Below are positions 49,826 to 58,899 of a stretch of 64,000 nucleotides of DNA, piece by piece. Each line of letters begins with the position of its first letter. The first letter of the stretch is position 1. Source of the DNA: Candidatus Poribacteria bacterium (GTDB taxonomy: Bacteria > Poribacteria > WGA-4E > WGA-3G). The notes under the pieces were generated by a model. The model did no database searches, was not told where the DNA came from, and saw only the letters and a list, made by a program, of their open reading frames with translations. The stretch is taken from assembly GCA_965198235.1 (NCBI GenBank), contig OZ240248.1, forward strand, positions 1,632,001-1,696,000, read 5' to 3'. The position numbers and the translations under genes were made by a program.

Positions 49826-50408
49826 ATTTTGACTTCGCCTCCAATCGGATCTTTGTCATGACATCGCCCATCGATAACTGATCGACGATATCCATCCCTT
49901 GAATTACACCACCGAAAGTAGTGTAGTCTCCGTCAAGATGGGGTTGGGGTTTCAAGCAGATGTAGAATTGGCTCCCGGATGAGTTCGGTGCGGAAGTCCG
50001 AGCCATCGCGACTGTACCTCTAACATGTGGGCGTTGGTTCGGATTTGTGTACTCGTCGGTAATAGTCCAACCGGGACCACCTGTTCCATCGCCTTCTGGA
50101 CACCCGCCCTGAATAATATTCAAACCGGGTGCATCAACTTTCCGATGGAATGTTAAGCCATCGTAAAACTTCTGGTTAATTAACTTGATGAAGTTATCCA
50201 CTGCCACGGGTGCAGCATCCTGATAAAACTCAAGCACAAAAATGCCTTTGTCGGTTGTGACGACCGCGACCTGTTCTTCAGGAGTTAGGTTCTGGCTGAA
50301 GGGAAGCGCGCAGCCGATTAGGGTTAGTAGTAAAAGAAGAAACGTTGGACTTTTATAAAGCACATTTTGGCTTGTAAGCTCCACCAAAAGATAGCGTGTT
50401 GTTTTCAT
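49803..50408 (-). CDS. Cyclophilin-type peptidylprolyl isomerase
   Basis: FYDGLTFHR, IQGG, GTVAMAR, SGSQFYI, HLDGDYTTFG. Confidence 0.93.
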   Translation of the reverse strand: MKTTRYLLVELTSQNVLYKSPTFLLLLLTLIGCALPFSQNLTPEEQVAVVTTDKGIFVLEFYQDAAPVAVDNFIKLINQKFYDGLTFHRKVDAPGLNIIQGGCPEGDGTGGPGWTITDEYTNPNQRPHVRGTVAMARTSAPNSSGSQFYICLKPQPHLDGDYTTFGGVIQGMDIVDQLSMGDVMTKIRLEAKSKYVKATAE

Positions 50409-50430
50409 TAACCCTCCTTTGCTGTCCTGA

Positions 50431-51180
50431 TTAATCGATTTTGAGACGTGCCCAGACGGTTGTCAGTTTGTCCTGTGCGTCAACATGCAGCGTGACAGGC
50501 TCTTCCATATCCTTGAGCAACTCTGCCTTGGTTAAGGCGTAGTTGTACATTTTGATTTCATCCATGGCTCCGGTGAGAAAGCGTCCACTTCCACCACGGG
50601 CACCGATGAAAAGCGGATCATTGTTCGGTTTCAGTTCACCCTTACACGGCATCTCCGTTTCAAGTTCGCCATCAATGTAAAGTAGGATGTCTTCACCATC
50701 CCACGTTCCAGCGAGAAAATGCCATTCTCCATCTTGGATGCTGGGACCGATATTATCGTCGTTACACGGTTCGGGTAAGTCAAAAAATTGAAGGATAGTT
50801 CCACCGTTATAAAGCGCGGCGAGGTTATATAGACCGGAAACCCAAGCTGCACCTTTCTCAACGCCGCTCTGGAGTGCTTCTCCGCCTTCGAGGGTCGCCC
50901 AGAATTCGATGGTAATACCATCGACTATATCAAGGCTTGCATGGTCGGGAATTTGCCCGAAAGTTTTTCCATCAAACTCCAGTGCTTTTTCAAATACGCC
51001 TTCAATGAGTTTGGGTGAACCTTTGAAGGTTGCGTCGTTACCAAATTCCGAACTGTCCTTTGCGACCTTTCCATCTAATGCATCAAAGGAGAGATGTAGC
51101 ACCAGTTCTTGTGCCTCACAGACCGCTGAAACGCTTATCAAAATGAGAGAGAGTAACCAGAAAATAGCACGCTGTTTCAA
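50431..51180 (-). CDS. Secreted LamG-like jellyroll protein with conserved C-terminal tail
   Basis: Signal peptide, LHLSFD, WHFLAGTWDG, LYIDG, DEIKMYN, HVDAQDKLTTVWARLK. Confidence 0.85.
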   Translation of the reverse strand: MKQRAIFWLLSLILISVSAVCEAQELVLHLSFDALDGKVAKDSSEFGNDATFKGSPKLIEGVFEKALEFDGKTFGQIPDHASLDIVDGITIEFWATLEGGEALQSGVEKGAAWVSGLYNLAALYNGGTILQFFDLPEPCNDDNIGPSIQDGEWHFLAGTWDGEDILLYIDGELETEMPCKGELKPNNDPLFIGARGGSGRFLTGAMDEIKMYNYALTKAELLKDMEEPVTLHVDAQDKLTTVWARLKID

Positions 51181-51201
51181 GCTTCGATCTCCTAAAGTAG
51201 A

Positions 51202-51230
51202 ATTATAAGCGACATCTTTACAGATGTCAA
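51202..51230 (-). promoter_or_regulatory. Consensus sigma70 promoter with overlapping palindromic operator
   Basis: TTGACA-N17-TATAAT; GACATCT-ttac-AGATGTC at 51211-51228. Confidence 0.7.
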
Positions 51231-51434
51231 CAAAAATTGAAAATTTCTAAACGGTTAACACAATTTTAAGATAGCAACAGTCAAAAAAAAAGTCAAGGGT
51301 TTTCAGACATCGCTTAAGGTGTTTAGTTTTCGGTTGTCGGTAACGAGAAATTTTTTACTCCAATGCTCCAAAAAGGGAATATCGATATCTTTACGCGAAA
51401 TGTATTAGAATAAGGCTGCTATATTAACAGCCGA

Positions 51435-51517
51435 ATTCACGGAGCTTTCACGGAGGGCTTTTTATCGTAGGTATTTCAGGAGTTTCCTGAACTTGAATCT
51501 GTTTTTTCTCCGTGAAT
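51435..51517. repeat. Dispersed copy of the TTCACGGAG 2+1 module
   Basis: ATTCACGGAG-CT-TTCACGGAG ... CTCCGTGAAT; same 83-bp span as 10945-11027. Confidence 0.75.
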
Positions 51518-51584
51518 ACGAATATGAGTTATATTTATTTCAACGAATAGATGTTTTTAAATCTGAAACCTTCCTAACCGAATA

Positions 51585-51713
51585 CAGGGTCATTCAGTTT
51601 TAAGAAATTATCGGATTTCACGTCTTTTTTTGACGGTCCGGTGCGGTTAGGAAACCACACCTACCGGGCCTGGGGCAAAACTAGACCGAAGAATGGAAAA
51701 CTAAATGACCCTA
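51585..51713. mobile_element. MITE with 17-bp TIRs and 9-bp TSD
   Basis: CAGGGTCATTCAGTTTT ... AAAACTAAATGACCCTA; AACCGAATA on both flanks. Confidence 0.88.
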
Positions 51714-51731
51714 AACCGAATAGGCGTTTTC

Positions 51732-51760
51732 TTGAAACAATTTTTTACTTGTGCTAATAT
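51732..51760 (+). promoter_or_regulatory. Sigma70-type promoter
   Basis: TTGAAA-N17-TAATAT with extended TG. Confidence 0.45.
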
Positions 51761-51799
51761 GCATAGCAAGTACTACCTCAAAAAACGGAGGGATGTCCA

Positions 51800-52513
51800 A
51801 TGAAATGGGCAAAGTATATATGGCTTGTGATGATAGCGATGCTGATAAGCACGCTTGCTGTCTTTGCGGTCCATGACGAAAATAAGGGACCTGAAAAGTT
51901 AGGGCGTTACGAGTTTAAGGAGCAGGACATCAAAGCGGCAACGGATGAATGTGACGCTGGAGGCAAGCCGGGACCTGAATTTGTGCCGACGGTCCGGGAC
52001 AAAGAACCCAACTTGGCATTACTCAAAGATGCGAAAGGGGAAGCTTCCACGCAGCTGGAGGGATGGTGTCCTCGTAGACACTGTATCGAATATCTCAATG
52101 ACGGTTTTTACAACAACTGCCGGAGCTGGATCATCGGTGCGATACCCGGTTGGGCACAGATCGATATAGGTGATGTTGCCAATGTGAATCGCATCTACTT
52201 CGCCAGCGATCATTCGCAGGGATTTCTCGACCGGACAACTGCTGACTTTGATATCCTTGTCGCGACCTCAAAGGCGGATCCAAACTCCGATGCGAACACA
52301 TGGACAAAGGTTTACACTCACAAGGGCGATCCAATTAGTGAAACCACTGAGTTCACCTTCAAAGATGTAGAGGCACGGTGGTTGCGCCTTCATATTCGCA
52401 CCAATGGCGGTGCTCGCGTCGATGAAATCGAAATTTACGGTGGCAGAGACCCGATGGCTGTTGAACCGAACGGGAAGCTTACCACGACATGGGCAGAGGT
52501 TAAGACAGAGTGA
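51800..52513 (+). CDS. Secreted discoidin/F5-8-type C (galactose-binding-like) protein with conserved C-terminal tail
   Basis: Signal peptide, NLAL, YLNDG, WAQIDIG, ARWLRL, DEIEIYG, AVEPNGKLTTTWAEVK. Confidence 0.75.
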   Translation: MKWAKYIWLVMIAMLISTLAVFAVHDENKGPEKLGRYEFKEQDIKAATDECDAGGKPGPEFVPTVRDKEPNLALLKDAKGEASTQLEGWCPRRHCIEYLNDGFYNNCRSWIIGAIPGWAQIDIGDVANVNRIYFASDHSQGFLDRTTADFDILVATSKADPNSDANTWTKVYTHKGDPISETTEFTFKDVEARWLRLHIRTNGGARVDEIEIYGGRDPMAVEPNGKLTTTWAEVKTE

Positions 52514-52524
52514 CACCGTTGGCT

Positions 52525-52563
52525 GTAGGCACGATTTTATAGAACAGGATAAATCGTGCCTAC
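52525..52563. repeat. GTAG-type REP palindrome
   Basis: GTAGGCACGATTT-N13-AAATCGTGCCTAC. Confidence 0.75.
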
Positions 52564-52586
52564 GGAAAATAAGAATGATCCTATAA

Positions 52587-52715
52587 GGTGGAGACAGAGC
52601 TGGTGAACACGCACAGTACGATAATATCGTCGTTGTCACGCCTGACTTCGACCCTACACCTGTTGAACCCCAACGGAAGTTGGCATTAACGTGGGGGAAG
52701 CTCAAAATACAATGA
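52587..52715 (+). pseudogene. C-terminal remnant of a secreted tail-motif protein
   Basis: GGDRAGEHAQYDNIVVVTPDFDPTPVEPQRKLALTWGKLKIQ*; in-frame TAA immediately upstream. Confidence 0.7.
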
Positions 52716-53722
52716 GACCTCAAAAACCGTTAGCAATAGGCATCATCGGTGCTGGCAGTATGGGAAGACATCATCACAGAGCGGTAACCGATTACGGTGC
52801 GCGTGTCGTTGCAGTCCATGATGTGCGGCTTGAAGCAGCGCGCGAACTCGCAGCACATTCTGAAGAAGCGCTTGCCACTACTGCATTGGATGCTTTTTTC
52901 GGCGTAGATATGGACGGAGTGGTTATCACGACACCACCCCCTGTCCGTCTTGAACCAATCCAGATGGCGTGCGATCGTGAGATTCCTGTGATGGTTGAAA
53001 AACCACCTGCCTTGAACATGGCTGAAGGTAGAAAGTGCCTTGCATGCATTGAGAAAGCGGATGTCATCGCTGCTGTCGGGTTCCAACTGCGCTATCATCC
53101 GCTCTATGAACGGCTGAAAGCGTTAATCGCTTCGGAACCGGTCCACCTCGTCCGGACGGTGTGCACTGTTGATTATTACCTGAGTTTCCGGATGTCGCCT
53201 TGGTTTCTGCAATATGAGATAAGCGGTGGTCCCTTGCCAGAGCAGGCGGTGCATGTGTTGGATTGCGCACGGTTCGTTATGGGAAACCCGAAACCTGTGC
53301 AGGCACATGCGTTTGCTATCAAGAACATGGCGTTGGACCGAACCGAATTCGATGCCGAAAATGCCATCCAGATGACCTATCAATTGGACAACGGTGTCTT
53401 CGGAACACACATGAATCACTGCGGTACCGAGGGATTTAGTTTTGAGGTTGAAGTCGTCGGACCACATTTGCGATTACAGGCGAATATGACGGATAACGCT
53501 ATTCGTGGATACCTTAACGGTGAAATCGTCAATAAACCGGCGGTTTCAGAAAATAGTCTGGGTTTAGACAAATCCGGAGCATGGTTGCGCGCTATTGAAA
53601 CAGGGGACAGGACGCTGATTCGCTCGCCGTTCGCTGATGCAATTGAGACACTTGCCCTGATTGATGCTGCGGTCCAGAGCCGCAACACCGGCAGATTTAT
53701 CAACGTGGAGGAACTGTCATGA
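52712..53722 (+). CDS. Gfo/Idh/MocA family oxidoreductase
   Basis: GIIGAGSMG, VEKP, GFQLRY, HVLD; start at MRPQKP. Confidence 0.9.
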   Translation: MRPQKPLAIGIIGAGSMGRHHHRAVTDYGARVVAVHDVRLEAARELAAHSEEALATTALDAFFGVDMDGVVITTPPPVRLEPIQMACDREIPVMVEKPPALNMAEGRKCLACIEKADVIAAVGFQLRYHPLYERLKALIASEPVHLVRTVCTVDYYLSFRMSPWFLQYEISGGPLPEQAVHVLDCARFVMGNPKPVQAHAFAIKNMALDRTEFDAENAIQMTYQLDNGVFGTHMNHCGTEGFSFEVEVVGPHLRLQANMTDNAIRGYLNGEIVNKPAVSENSLGLDKSGAWLRAIETGDRTLIRSPFADAIETLALIDAAVQSRNTGRFINVEELS

Positions 53723-54051
53723 TAGATTGGATTTATTTTCGGAATAGCTGAAACTCGTGTAAAAAAGTGCAAGAGTTTCTTGACGAACACAAATTACAAC
53801 CAGAGAGTCGGACTGATGCGCGAAAAGAGAAAATGGATGCAACAGCGGTATGGGATTTAATGGGCAGTGCGGAGCGAATTGTTGTTGCGAAAGGGAGGCG
53901 CGTGGAAACCTTCGTACCAACCGAAGACATGCAGGAATCAATCTTAAAAGCGGTGATAGGACGAAGCGGCAGCCTACGTGCACCGACAATACAAAGCGGG
54001 AATGTCTTCCTTGTTGGTTTCAACGAGACACTCTATAAAACAAATTTTTAA
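53719..54051 (+). CDS. ArsC/Spx-like thioredoxin-fold selenoprotein (UGA at codon 11)
   Basis: GGAGG-N7-ATG; MIDWIYFRNS-U-NSCKK (UxxC), continuing into GRSGSLRAPT...VGFN. Confidence 0.85.
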
Positions 54052-54139
54052 CGATTCGTAAGGCGTTAAATCAAGCGATGGGTTCCATAAGGGTTTTCGC
54101 TAAAGGGTCGCCTGCGCCTTTGTTGCAGGCTGCCATCAC

Positions 54140-54240
54140 TTTCTGACTTAGAAACCGTACATCTCCTCGGTCTCGTCGGAATTAACCGAAAACCGTTGTG
54201 AAACGTAGTGGAACAACGCCCAGGAGCCAATAAATTAAAA
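54140..54240 (+). repeat. Dispersed leader/hairpin element, copy D
   Basis: Stem CGTTGT/ACAACG, loop GAAACGTAGTGGA, 22-nt tail to the ATG at 54241. Confidence 0.75.
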
Positions 54241-54870
54241 ATGTCTATTGAAAAGATTCTGATTACCGGTGCGAATGGGTATCTGGCACAATTTATCATT
54301 GATCGGTTGCGTGGCAAGTATGAACTTACGCTAACTGACATTGTTGAACTGGATCGGGCGATTACAGGCACGACTTTTATCAAAGCAGATGTGACGGATG
54401 CCTCCGAAATCGAAGCAGCGTGTGTGAATCAAGATGCTGTCGTCCATCTTGTTGCTTTGGTACGGGGGCGGTCTAATAAACCAGCCCCGCTGTTTGCGGA
54501 TGTCATGGTGAAAGGTACATGGAACGTCGCAGAAGCCTGTGTAAAGCAAGGCATTGTGTTAACATCTCAAGTATTTCGGCGTGCTCCCCTGCCCCAAGTG
54601 CAAAGTTACCTTACGAGGTGGACGATGACTTCCAGTTCGGTCCGGGAGCTTTACTACGCACTGGCAAAGTACCTCGGCGAGCAGATCGGAGTGGCGTATC
54701 ATCAGGCGCATGGGTTGGATGTAATCCATGATAGATGGAGATGGACAGAATCCCGGTCCACGGCTCCTGAAGTTGTGACAGATCCTTGGTTTGTTTACGT
54801 GGATCCGAGGGATGTTGCGCAGTGTGTTCAGAGACGGTGAAGTATGGTGCGTGAAACCAGAAGAGGATTT
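54241..54870 (+). pseudogene. NAD-dependent epimerase/dehydratase, frameshifted (or mis-assembled)
   Basis: ILITGANGYLA, DAVVHL, YYALAK; frame changes near 54550-54640. Confidence 0.7.
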
Positions 54871-54899
54871 AGGGTATTAAATTGGCCAAGATCCCTGGT

Positions 54900-55560
54900 G
54901 GTGCATAAGAAATTGAAACTGTCGAACATCGTTGTGGACGCTGAACTCGCCAAGGACTTTAAAACAATTGTCAGTTTTCAGGGAAATAAAGGCAAACCCG
55001 CCTATAGTTGGTACAAATATAAGGAAGCTTTTTCAGCGGGACGTTGAATATTTTCTGGGTAGTTATGTTGGGCGTCCTGCCCCGCTAATGTCCGTGAAAA
55101 TACCTTGCAAGTTCCCAAGGAGCTGATGGTATAGAATTATTGCCTGTAGGTCAGGAGATTATCCGTACCCGTTTTTTGTCAGAAAGGAACGACATCGAAT
55201 GACATCGCTCCAACTTGAACGCTGGATAACGTCTCTGCCTTGGAAGGAATTTCCGGGAGTTCCGTTTAGCACCATCCGGATTACAGAGAACGCTTATCCA
55301 CCAGAAACGATAGAAGCGATTGAACGGTACAGGGGTGCCCTTCAACAGGAAAATGAGAAAATTCAAGCAATCTTGAGACTTGCCCTTCTGTGCAAGGGCG
55401 TTACCTTACGAGAGATCCGGCAAACGACGCCCGGAGCGAAATTCTCGCTTTTGATGCTGCGTATAATCAAAGAAATCGGATATCCGCGATGTTCAGATGC
55501 CTGTAACGCTTTTCCCTGGCAGACTATGGAGGATATTCGGTTATTTGAAGGATCATGTCT
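54900..55560 (+). pseudogene. Fragments of a site-specific DNA methyltransferase
   Basis: VSFQGNKGKPAYSWYKYKEAFS and ITENAYPPET fragments in different frames. Confidence 0.5.
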
Positions 55561-55945
55561 TGATCCATGTCCGTCCGGGGGTTATAGATGGAGTTGAGCG
55601 GACAGAATCCCGGGAAAAGGTCCTGACGGCTCCTGGGGAAGTTGTGACGGAGATCCTTGGTTTCGCGTTTACAAGTTTTTCATGGAATCCGAGGGATGTT
55701 GCGCAGTTTTGAAGTGTGGTGCGGGGAAAAAGGGAAATAGTAGTCCGCGCCATCGAAACCGAGGACGGTGAGTCGTCAGTATGGTGCGTATAACGACCTG
55801 TCGCGGGTCGTGCGGATTCCCGTTTCGCGTGGAAACAGGCAGAAGAGGAACCAGCGGGTACGAATTTTTCGAGGAGGGTATTTCTGTTGACACGCGGAGA
55901 CGGTTCGGAGCACAATTGGCCAGATATCCCGGACGGTGACACGTA
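55560..55945 (+). repeat. Second, insertion-riddled copy of the epimerase 3' end
   Basis: GGACAGAATCCCGG, GATCCTTGGTTT, ATCCGAGGGATGTTGCGCAGT and AGTATGGTGCGT shared, in order, with 54715-54870. Confidence 0.75.
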
Positions 55946-56000
55946 AAGATCCTGTTTTGATAATCATCTCATTTCTCACCTGTTAATGATCCCGTGTCCC

Positions 56001-57701
56001 TCAGAACGGCTTTTGCCAATCAGAACCTTTCGCCAGATAGTTAATTGGAATTTGGTTCGACTTCAGGTTGGAAAACCGCTCTGTGAGTCCGCTTTGCCAA
56101 TGAATTTCAAGGGTCTCGACTACCGGATTCTTTCCCAATCCAAAGTGGACGCGGAGATCGCTTTGTGAAAGGTAACTCGCACCGCTCCGTACCTCTTTGG
56201 TAAGAGACAAATTACCCGCTTTCACAACTATTTTTGTACCGATCCCGGACGTGTTGCTTTGGGTCCCGACGGGTTGAATTGTCAGCCAGTGATTGCTATT
56301 ACCGCCCTCATTTCGGAGAAGTGTTGCGTGTTGATTGGAGTTGTTGAGAAAAATATCGACATCTCCGTCATTATCGTAGTCCCCGAATGCGGCAGCGCGG
56401 CTGACTTTTTTGGGGAGTTGTGCCAATCCGATGTCAGTAGACGTATCAGTAAAATGGTATGTGCCGTCTTGCCTACGTACGTTGCGGAAAACCAAATCTC
56501 TCTGTGGATAGGTACTCTCCGAAAAGAGCGAAATGTTTTCTTGGAGATGTCCGTTCGCAACGAAGAGGTCAAGGAGACCATCGTTGTTGTAATCTATAAA
56601 TTCGACTGCCCATTTAAAGTAGGGAAGAGTCACTGCTCCAATTCCTGAGACAAAAGAGACATCGGTAAAAAATGCAGCATTTTCATTTTGATAGAGAAGT
56701 GCAGGCAGTCCAGAGGCGTTGCTGACGACGAGGTCGAGGTAACCATCGTTATTATAATCACCGAATGCGTTTCCCATACCGCTTCCCGGGAAACCGTTTT
56801 CATCATATCCTGTCCCGGTAAGATCAGCAGTTTCGGTGAAGGTGCCATCGCCGTTATTATGGTAAAAGAGGTCTGCTTCCATATCGTTAGCGATGTGCAG
56901 GTCTGGATAGCCATCGTTATCGTAGTCTCCGACTGCGACGGCGAGACCGAGGGCACGATGTGAAATCCCCGCAGTTTTGGTGACATCTGTGAAGGTTCCG
57001 TCTCCATTGTTGCGATAGAGGATATCAGGCTCGCTTACAAAGTGGCTGCCAGCAATCTGATCTGTCGGGCTGCAATATGTTCTGATACCCCGAGTTTCCC
57101 ACCATTCGTTCTCCGCAACGGAAAATTTCATGTAATTGACGACGTATAAGTCAACATACCCGTCTAAGTCGTAATCCAGAAAGGCAGAACTTGTGCTCCA
57201 GCGTTCATCACCGACTCTCGCTTTTTGTGTCACATCTGTAAAAGTGCCATCACCGTTGTTGTAATAGAGGCGGTTGCGTCCGTAGTTGGTTACGTAAATT
57301 TCGGGATAACCGTCATTATTGACATCGGCGGCTGCGCATCCGACTCCATAGCCGGTATCTCCAACCCCTGCACTGTCTGTAATATCAGTAAAAGTGCCGT
57401 TGCCGTTGTTTCGGTAGAGTTTGTTTCGCGGAAGTGGGGGATGTATTTGTGAGGTTTTTTCGCTGGCTGGTGACGGGATATGGGTAGCATTCACTACATA
57501 AAGATCCAAAGCCCCATCAACATCGAAATCGAAAAAAAGTGCGCCAGAACCGAGCGTTTCGATGAGAAATTTCTCACCGGTTCTGCCATCAACATGTCGA
57601 AACGTGATTCCTGCAGCAGTGGTCGTCTCGACGAATTGAACCTCTGCGGAAGTGGATATGCTCAGAAGGAAAGAGAGGATAATATAGCAGAAGCATCTCA
57701 T
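56001..57701 (-). CDS. CRTAC1 / ASPIC-UnbV family protein
   Basis: Signal peptide, ETLGSG, DYDNDG repeats, GASYLSQSD..VHFGLG; last residues run into the garbled zone. Confidence 0.9.
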   Translation of the reverse strand: MRCFCYIILSFLLSISTSAEVQFVETTTAAGITFRHVDGRTGEKFLIETLGSGALFFDFDVDGALDLYVVNATHIPSPASEKTSQIHPPLPRNKLYRNNGNGTFTDITDSAGVGDTGYGVGCAAADVNNDGYPEIYVTNYGRNRLYYNNGDGTFTDVTQKARVGDERWSTSSAFLDYDLDGYVDLYVVNYMKFSVAENEWWETRGIRTYCSPTDQIAGSHFVSEPDILYRNNGDGTFTDVTKTAGISHRALGLAVAVGDYDNDGYPDLHIANDMEADLFYHNNGDGTFTETADLTGTGYDENGFPGSGMGNAFGDYNNDGYLDLVVSNASGLPALLYQNENAAFFTDVSFVSGIGAVTLPYFKWAVEFIDYNNDGLLDLFVANGHLQENISLFSESTYPQRDLVFRNVRRQDGTYHFTDTSTDIGLAQLPKKVSRAAAFGDYDNDGDVDIFLNNSNQHATLLRNEGGNSNHWLTIQPVGTQSNTSGIGTKIVVKAGNLSLTKEVRSGASYLSQSDLRVHFGLGKNPVVETLEIHWQSGLTERFSNLKSNQIPINYLAKGSDWQKPF

Positions 57702-58846
57702 TGTTCGTTAGCGTATTTTTCCTGTTTTTCACGCGCTTGTTGCGCCTCACTTTTCAATCCGAGGAGGGTGCAAATTTGGGAGAGCGTGTCCCAATAGTTC
57801 GCTTCAGTCGGGACAAGACGAACAGCGGTTCGGGCATGGGAGAGTGCTTGGTCCAAATCTATCCCCGATTCTATATAGCAGACAGCGACATTATTATGCG
57901 CAATCGCGAGTGTGGTGTCGATGGTGAGTGCTTGTTGGTAAGCCGCGATAGCGAGTTTAGCTTTTCCCAGTTTATGGTAAGCATGTCCCAAGTTGTAATG
58001 TGCTGTGGCTAAAGCAGGGGCAAGAGAAATGGCGCGTTTGTAGTTCTCAATCGCGTCCTCAGAACGACGGCGTGCGAGGTAAACAATACCGAGATTGTTG
58101 TAACCTCTTGCGTCATCGGGATGGCTTTTCACCCATATCTCGGCTTGCTCAAGAAGCGGATCTGTTTGACGGAGGACTTTGAAGAATGCCATTGCCGAGG
58201 CGGCTTTCTCCTTTTCGCCACGTTTAATATAAATTTGAGCGAGTTGGTAGTGTGCTTCTGTGTTGTCCACCTGAATTTCAATTGCCTTCTCAACCGCGGT
58301 GATTGCGTCATCCAAGCGTCCCTGCTTTGCATAGACCTTACCTAACCCGAAAATAGCACTCGGATTTCCGTTCGGATTGAGACGTGTGGCTTGCTTATAG
58401 GCGCGAGCAGCCTGTCCGAAATCGCCCTGCTTCAAATAGACCTCGCCGAGTCCCGTATAGGCATCTCCCCATTCGACATCAATAGCAATCGCGCGTTTAA
58501 ACGCCTCAAGGGCACGCGGGAAATCGCCTTGCTTGAGGTGAACCAGCCCTATATTATAGTGTGGTTCAGCCGTCATGGGAGACAACGCAAGTGCCTTCTG
58601 GTAGGCATCAAGTGCGGCATCGTATTGCTTCAGTTCGGAATATGCGACACCGAGTCTGTTGTAGATGATAGGGGAGTTTGGATTAAGCGCGATGGCTTTT
58701 CTGTATTCGGAGATAGCTTGCTCGAATTCTCCGAGATTATGGTAGGCAGCGGCACTCTTATAATACTTTTCAGCAGGTGAAGTATCGGATAAAGCGATGT
58801 TTATGAAAGCACTACAGAGGATGAATATGGTGAGATATTTTAGCAT
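57698..58846 (-). CDS. Secreted tetratricopeptide repeat protein
   Basis: Signal peptide and multiple TPRs; translationally coupled to the ASPIC/UnbV gene. Confidence 0.9.
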   Translation of the reverse strand: MLKYLTIFILCSAFINIALSDTSPAEKYYKSAAAYHNLGEFEQAISEYRKAIALNPNSPIIYNRLGVAYSELKQYDAALDAYQKALALSPMTAEPHYNIGLVHLKQGDFPRALEAFKRAIAIDVEWGDAYTGLGEVYLKQGDFGQAARAYKQATRLNPNGNPSAIFGLGKVYAKQGRLDDAITAVEKAIEIQVDNTEAHYQLAQIYIKRGEKEKAASAMAFFKVLRQTDPLLEQAEIWVKSHPDDARGYNNLGIVYLARRRSEDAIENYKRAISLAPALATAHYNLGHAYHKLGKAKLAIAAYQQALTIDTTLAIAHNNVAVCYIESGIDLDQALSHARTAVRLVPTEANYWDTLSQICTLLGLKSEAQQAREKQEKYANEQ

Positions 58847-58862
58847 ACGCTTCCCTCTAATG

Positions 58863-58887
58863 TAAGGGCGGCGTTTCCCCGCCCTTA
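58863..58887. repeat. REP-like hairpin or terminator
   Basis: TAAGGGCGG-N7-CCGCCCTTA. Confidence 0.55.
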
Positions 58888-58899
58888 TTAAGCGTATTT

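Noticed and set aside
52575-52715. Stop read-through of ATG-ATC-CTA-TAA into the tail-motif peptide
   Set aside because: The stop is TAA, with no SD or signal peptide; a gene remnant is the simpler explanation
54241-54870. Programmed frameshifting or recoding in the epimerase gene
   Set aside because: Multiple scattered indels and a duplicated garbled copy point to assembly error or decay
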